From an uncultured Spirochaetota bacterium (lineage in GTDB: Bacteria > Spirochaetota > Brevinematia > Brevinematales > JAOACQ01): DNA of 64,000 nucleotides. The DNA is taken from assembly GCA_963768055.1 (NCBI GenBank), contig CAVYGN010000001.1, positions 320,001 through 384,000 on the forward strand. The letters run 5' to 3'. Both the position numbers and the translations under genes were made by a program. Shown here one piece after another: positions 58,924 to 64,000 of this stretch. Under the pieces are notes generated by a model. The model did not search any database and had not been told where the DNA came from. It saw only the letters and a program-made list of their open reading frames with translations. Positions within the stretch are counted from its first letter, which is position 1, and every line of letters begins with the position of its first letter.

Positions 58924-61277
58924 TCAAAATTCCACCCTGAATCCTGCAAGGGGTATTATCGGCCAGTCTTTCGTTTCCTGACGCTGCAATTTTCCGTTGG
59001 TAACCGTGTATGAGTACGACGAAATATTGTCCCAATCGAGCGCGTTTATAACTTCTATATAAACAAATCCGCTCGCATACTGGCCTAGCAGGCCTTTAAG
59101 CCAGCCGACATCGACAGGAATAGTCAATTTCAAATCGAGCCTGAAATACCAGGGCGTATAAGCGCCGTCGTAATCCCCGTTAAAAAAGTAATACCGGGTT
59201 CCTCCGCTGACGTTCATGGATGTGAAATTTGTTACAGGAGTATAAGGGATTCCGCTCATGGCGGACAGTTCGGCTGAAAATTCCCACTCCTGCATGAAGT
59301 CGAAAAACGAAGCCTTATCTGGGTTTTTATAGTATGTCATCGATACAAGTGCCGATATCGTATGGGACCTCAGGTAGCTCGGTGTAAACCACTGGTTAAG
59401 CGGCGCAGTGTATGGATTGTTGGGGTCTTCCATGGAGCGGTTTGTCACTTCCTCGAATCCGTTCACGTAAGTGTAGGAGATCCATCCGGAAAGCCAGTCG
59501 CCTTTTTTCGGCTTTTTTTGTAAATATATATCCCCGCCGTAAACCGTCCTTATCCCGTTATTGTTATAATTGAGGACGGAATCGGTTTCCTCAAGATCGT
59601 AATAGTACTTGTAAAAGCCTTCAACCCTGAACATATAGTCTGAATCCGAACACTCGGCTCCTGCGATGGCATGGTAGACCTTTTCGCTTTTCAGGTTCGG
59701 ATTGCCGCCGTTGCTGTTTAATGACCAGACAGTTGGAAATTGGTCGTATAGGCCTCCCCTTGCATAAAAGTCCAGTTCTTTAGTCGCCTCCCACTTGATC
59801 CCGGCTTGCGGAGTGAATTCATTTTCACTGTTAAGCGTGAAATATTCGTCCCTGGCCCCTAATTCAAGAATAAGGGAGGGGATGAACTCCCAGTTATCCA
59901 TCAGGTAAGCGCTGTAATATGCCGTCTGCTCAGGGCCGATAGTATAACTGCTGTTCTGGTAATTGGTCCATGTCCCCTGCGGCGTAAGCAGGTATTCGTT
60001 AAATTGTTCGGTGCTGTAATCGGGGTTATTGTAGATGATCATGCCGCCCAACTGCATTTTATTGCCCTTTATGGAATTCAGGTAATAATCCGAGCTAAGC
60101 TGATAATAGTACAGGTCGAAATTTTCACTCCAGGACATCGCCGGATTCTGGCTGAAATTGTCATAGCCGATTGTCGGCATGGTTCCGGCTATTATGTCGA
60201 AAGAGTCCCCGCTGTCGAAATTGTGGGTGTATTTCGCACTGCCGACAAGGTTAAGTATCTGATAATTAAAGTTCCCTACGAGGTTATTGAAATTTTCAGG
60301 CGCATTGGTGTCTCCGGAAAAAGAATAATTCACCCCCTCGAAAGAAGCATAAGCGTCGAAGGTAATGTTGTCTTCAGGGGATAAGTCCCAGCTTACTTTG
60401 AGGATACTGTCCCAGAGGTAGGGATACTGCGTATTGGAGCTCTGGCCGTTTGTATAAATGAGAGGTACATAAAGATCGTAAAAGGTCCTTCTCATGTCGA
60501 AGGCGACAGTCAGGTTCGACGCTCTAGGCCCTCCACAAGCATTTCGGCCGATATGGGAGAAAGGTCGATAAAGCCCTTCCACCTGTCCTTGCTGCCTTTA
60601 ACGGTATCCACCACTATTACGCCGGAAAGGCCCTGTCCGTACATAGCCGGATATCCGGCTGTATAAAGGTCTATGCTGTCAACAACATACGGGTTGAACA
60701 TGGAAACCGTGTCCGCGCCGCCCCATCTCGTCGGTCTCGTTATATATATTCCGTCCATGCTTGCAATAAATTCGCTGCTGTCCCCGCCCTGAATATACAT
60801 CCTGCTGTCCATAACGCTTCCGCTGGATGAAACTCCCGGCATAAGCTGGAGGGTTTTAAACGAGTCGTTTATCAGAGTCTGGGAATTTGCGTCCAGTTCC
60901 TCTTTCTTCACTGTCGTCTCCGTGTCCGTCTTCCCCTTGTTTTTTTTCGATTCTACGTCGATCTCGCCCAGGGAATATACGGCTTTCTTCAGCCGGATGC
61001 CCATATCCTGATCAGCGCCGCTTATCGTTATAGCGTTTGAATATTTTTCATATCCGGGAAGGATCGCGTAAATAGTGTATGTTCCGGCGGGTAAATTTTT
61101 AAACACGCAGACCCCCCTATCGTCTGTCAGCATGTTCAGTTTAAGTTCTCCTAAAGAAATGCTTGCGTCCTCGAGGGTCTCGATGCCGTCCGTGACTTTT
61201 ACGGTCAGGTTCGCGGAAAATATACAGGCGGCTGCCGCAAAGAACAGGGCAAGTGTAACCGTTAATACCTTCATCAA
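58924..61277 (-). pseudogene. TonB-dependent receptor-like gene with a 1-nt frameshift
   Basis: Carboxypeptidase-like N-domain plus plug (LQLMPGV, AGYPAMYGQGLSGV) and barrel ending RVEF; relative to the paralog one G is missing at 60529-60531. Confidence 0.85.
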
Positions 61278-61548
61278 AATAATCCTTAATGAAATTTTAC
61301 GGATTTAATTGCAATTATTGTGCCATATCATATGTTGATATCCGGCAGAGGAAGATTTCTCCCCGCTGTAGCGGGATAAACCCCCGGGATAAACACTTCG
61401 TTCGAAATGACAGCTATGGTAAAAATGGCTCATTGGATTACCTCAGATCATATATGATATATCAATTTTGGTAAGGCTAAAAAATTTGAATTACTATCAT
61501 GTAATTGTTATATTATTTCATTGGATCAATTGCGTCGAAGGAGGAAAA

Positions 61549-62064
61549 ATGAAAATTCTTAGAGGAATTGTTTTAACTGCTGCGGCTTCAATCTGCCTGA
61601 CTTGCCTTTTATACGGCCTGGAAAAAAAGGAAGCGGCGCCCAAAGGAAAGATCGTTATCTGCGAGGACCGCGGTTTTTCCGGATTTCCAGAACGCTCCGC
61701 GGATCTTATGGCGGGTTTATTGAAGGCCAGGGGTTACGAGGTTGAAGTAATTAAAACCGACCTGAAAGCCGGGGACTTATCCGATATATATGCGCTGATT
61801 GTAACCGGCCCGATCTATGCGGGAAACCCCACCTGGAAATGCCAGGGATTTTTAAATAAAATCCCTTCCGGCGCAACTTTCCAGGTCCTGGTTTATGTGA
61901 CCTACGGGGGTGAAAAAATTCAGGGGGAAAAAGGCGTCGAGGACATGTTGAACAAAAAGAATATCAAGCTTACCGGTTATTCAGGCTTCAGGCAGCCCAT
62001 GGAAAAGAGCGACCAGGCCGGATGGAACAAAAGCATAGAGGAATTTGTAAATTTGATACAATAG
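61549..62064 (+). CDS. Exported flavodoxin-like fold protein
   Basis: AAGGAGG RBS, signal peptide, LIVTGPIYAG and VTYGG. Confidence 0.65.
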   Translation: MKILRGIVLTAAASICLTCLLYGLEKKEAAPKGKIVICEDRGFSGFPERSADLMAGLLKARGYEVEVIKTDLKAGDLSDIYALIVTGPIYAGNPTWKCQGFLNKIPSGATFQVLVYVTYGGEKIQGEKGVEDMLNKKNIKLTGYSGFRQPMEKSDQAGWNKSIEEFVNLIQ

Positions 62065-62091
62065 GTCAGGCCCTTGGGCCGCTGCGGCAGT

Positions 62092-64000
62092 TTAAAATTC
62101 CACCCTGAAGCCTGCAAGCGGTATTATCGGCCAGTCTTTCGTTTCTTTCCTTGTCAACTGCCCGTTAGTAACTGTGTAAGTGTATGACGTGACATTGTCC
62201 CAGTCGAGCGCGTTTATAAGTTCTATGTAAACAAACCCCCGGGTATACTGTCCTAACAGGCCTTTAAGCCAGCCGACATCGACCGGGATCGTCAATTTAA
62301 GATCGAGCCTGAAATACCAGGGTGTATATGCGCTATCGTAATCACCGTAATTAAAGTAATACTGGGTAAGGCCGTTGACATTCGCGGAAATGAAATTTGT
62401 TGCCGGTGTATAAGGCGCTCCGCTCATGGCCGACAATACCACGGAAAATTGCCACTCGTTCATAAAATCGAAAAATGAGGGATTGTCCGGATTTTTATAA
62501 TAAGTCATTCCTGCAAGTGCCGATATCGTATGGGATCTCAGGTAACTCGGGACGAACCACTGGTCCAGCGGGGTGGTGTAGGGATTGTTGGGGTCTTCCA
62601 GGGAGCGGTTTGTCACTTCTTCGAGTCCGTTTACATAAGTGTATGAGATCCATCCGGAAAGCCAGTCGCCCTTTTTCTGTTTTTTTTGTAAATATATATC
62701 TCCGCCGTAAACTGTCCTTATCCCGTTATTATTATAATTCTTAATGGAATCCGATTCGTTGAGGTCGTAATAATACTTGTAAAAGCCCTCCATCCTGAAT
62801 GAATAATCTTCGTCCGAGTAATCTGCGCCGGCCATCGCATGATAAACCTTCTGGCTTTTCAAATCCGGGTTGCCCGTATTGCTGTTCACTTCATAAACAT
62901 TAAATGGGAATTCGTGATATAGGCCGCCCCTCACATAAAAGTCGAGCTCCTTTGTGCTTTCCCACTTGATCCCGCCCTGTGGGCTGAATTCGTTTCCCTT
63001 GTTGAGCGTGTAATATTCCTCCCTCCCGCCTAATTCAAGTATTATTGATGGTACGATCTCCCAGTTGTCCATAAGATAGGCGCCGTAATAAGCTGACTGC
63101 ATAGGGTTGATCGTAGTGTTTATATCGCTGTAATTCGTCCAGACGCCCTGGGGGGTGAGCGCATATTCATTCAGATTTGCGCTTCCGTAAATGGGGTTGG
63201 CGTCGATAAATATTCCGCCGATTTGTATCTTATGGCCTTTTATGGAATTTAGATAAAAATCCGAGCTCAGCTGGTAGAGGTATTGTGTGAAGGTTTCATC
63301 CCAGGATATAGATTCGCTCTGGTTTAGCCGGTCGTAGCCGAATTCGGGCATGACGCCCGCAACGACGTCGAAAGAGTCCTCCGAATCGAAATTGTGGGTA
63401 TATCTCGCGCTGCCGATCAGATTAAGTATCTGATATTCGAAATTTCCCGAAAAATTCGCCGTGTTTTGGGGAGAGTTTGTATCGCCATAGGTATAATAAT
63501 TCATCCCTTCCAGTGAGCCGTAGGCGTCGAACGAAAGATTGTCTTTAGGTGTGATGTCCCAGCTCAATTTGAGGAGAGTGTCCCAGAGATAAGGCCACTG
63601 CACATTGGCATTCTGGTTGTTTGTATAGAAAAAAGGGATGATAAGATCGTAATAAGTCCTCCTCATATCGAAGACTACGGTCAGGTTCGATGCTATCGGC
63701 CCCTCGACGAGCATTTCGGCTGAAATAAAAGAGACGTCGAAAAAGCCCTTCCACCTGTCCTTGCTTCCGTTAATGGTATCCACGACAATTACGCCCGATA
63801 AACCCTGTCCGTACATGGGAGGGTAACCGGCGGTATAAAGGTCTATGCTGTCAACAAGATAAGGGTTGAACATGGATACCGTGTCCGGGCCGCCCCATCT
63901 TGTAGGGTTCGCTATGAATACTCCGTCCATGTTTGCTATCCACTCGGAATTGTCGCCGCCCTGGATATACATCCTGCTGTCGTCGGCGGACCCGCCCGAT
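62092..64000 (-). CDS. TonB-dependent receptor-like protein (5' end beyond the window)
   Basis: Close paralog of 58924-61277; plug motif and C-terminal GFRVEF. Confidence 0.85.
   Translation of the reverse strand, partial: SGGSADDSRMYIQGGDNSEWIANMDGVFIANPTRWGGPDTVSMFNPYLVDSIDLYTAGYPPMYGQGLSGVIVVDTINGSKDRWKGFFDVSFISAEMLVEGPIASNLTVVFDMRRTYYDLIIPFFYTNNQNANVQWPYLWDTLLKLSWDITPKDNLSFDAYGSLEGMNYYTYGDTNSPQNTANFSGNFEYQILNLIGSARYTHNFDSEDSFDVVAGVMPEFGYDRLNQSESISWDETFTQYLYQLSSDFYLNSIKGHKIQIGGIFIDANPIYGSANLNEYALTPQGVWTNYSDINTTINPMQSAYYGAYLMDNWEIVPSIILELGGREEYYTLNKGNEFSPQGGIKWESTKELDFYVRGGLYHEFPFNVYEVNSNTGNPDLKSQKVYHAMAGADYSDEDYSFRMEGFYKYYYDLNESDSIKNYNNNGIRTVYGGDIYLQKKQKKGDWLSGWISYTYVNGLEEVTNRSLEDPNNPYTTPLDQWFVPSYLRSHTISALAGMTYYKNPDNPSFFDFMNEWQFSVVLSAMSGAPYTPATNFISANVNGLTQYYFNYGDYDSAYTPWYFRLDLKLTIPVDVGWLKGLLGQYTRGFVYIELINALDWDNVTSYTYTVTNGQLTRKETKDWPIIPLAGFRVEF

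Noticed and set aside
60529..60531. Phase variation or programmed frameshift in the TonB receptor
   Set aside because: The G run is only 3-4 nt and there is no slippery heptamer; a point deletion or sequencing error is simpler

Overview
Bacterial chromosomal window, probably from a diderm spirochaete-like organism. That is an inference from the loose S/T-rich lipoboxes, TonB-receptor-like and beta-barrel genes, and TN-rich exported proteins. Positions 1-20.5 kb are mostly housekeeping: aroQ, TPR protein, Xaa-Pro peptidase, efp, accB-like, accC, rlmI, nudC, an arabinose ABC transporter (araFGH), and NfeD/SPFH. Two oddities sit in this part: the accB-position protein lacks the biotin-accepting lysine (RVLG instead of EAMK), and the putative ara regulator is a degenerate ABC-ATPase fused to an AraC HTH. 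Positions 21.7-39.1 kb form an AT-richer minus-strand block behind a perfect TTGACA-17-TATAAT promoter. It encodes a reduced F-type type IV secretion system (pilin, TraL, E, K, split TraB, TraV-like, TraC, TraH-, TraF- and TraG-like) with no visible relaxase, coupling protein, integrase or TraW/U/N/TrbC. Behind it come a small beta-barrel, a DUF5710-like protein and three Asn/Thr-rich lipoproteins, one a clostripain-like protease. This block is the best candidate for a novel system. Positions 41238-43284 are a complete IS1595-family element (24-bp TIRs, 8-bp TSD) with passenger ORFs. The rest is accessory metabolism, tandem lipoprotein paralogs and two TonB-dependent receptor paralogs, with several small frameshifts that may be sequencing errors. 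All family assignments come from motif recognition by eye; no database search was run.
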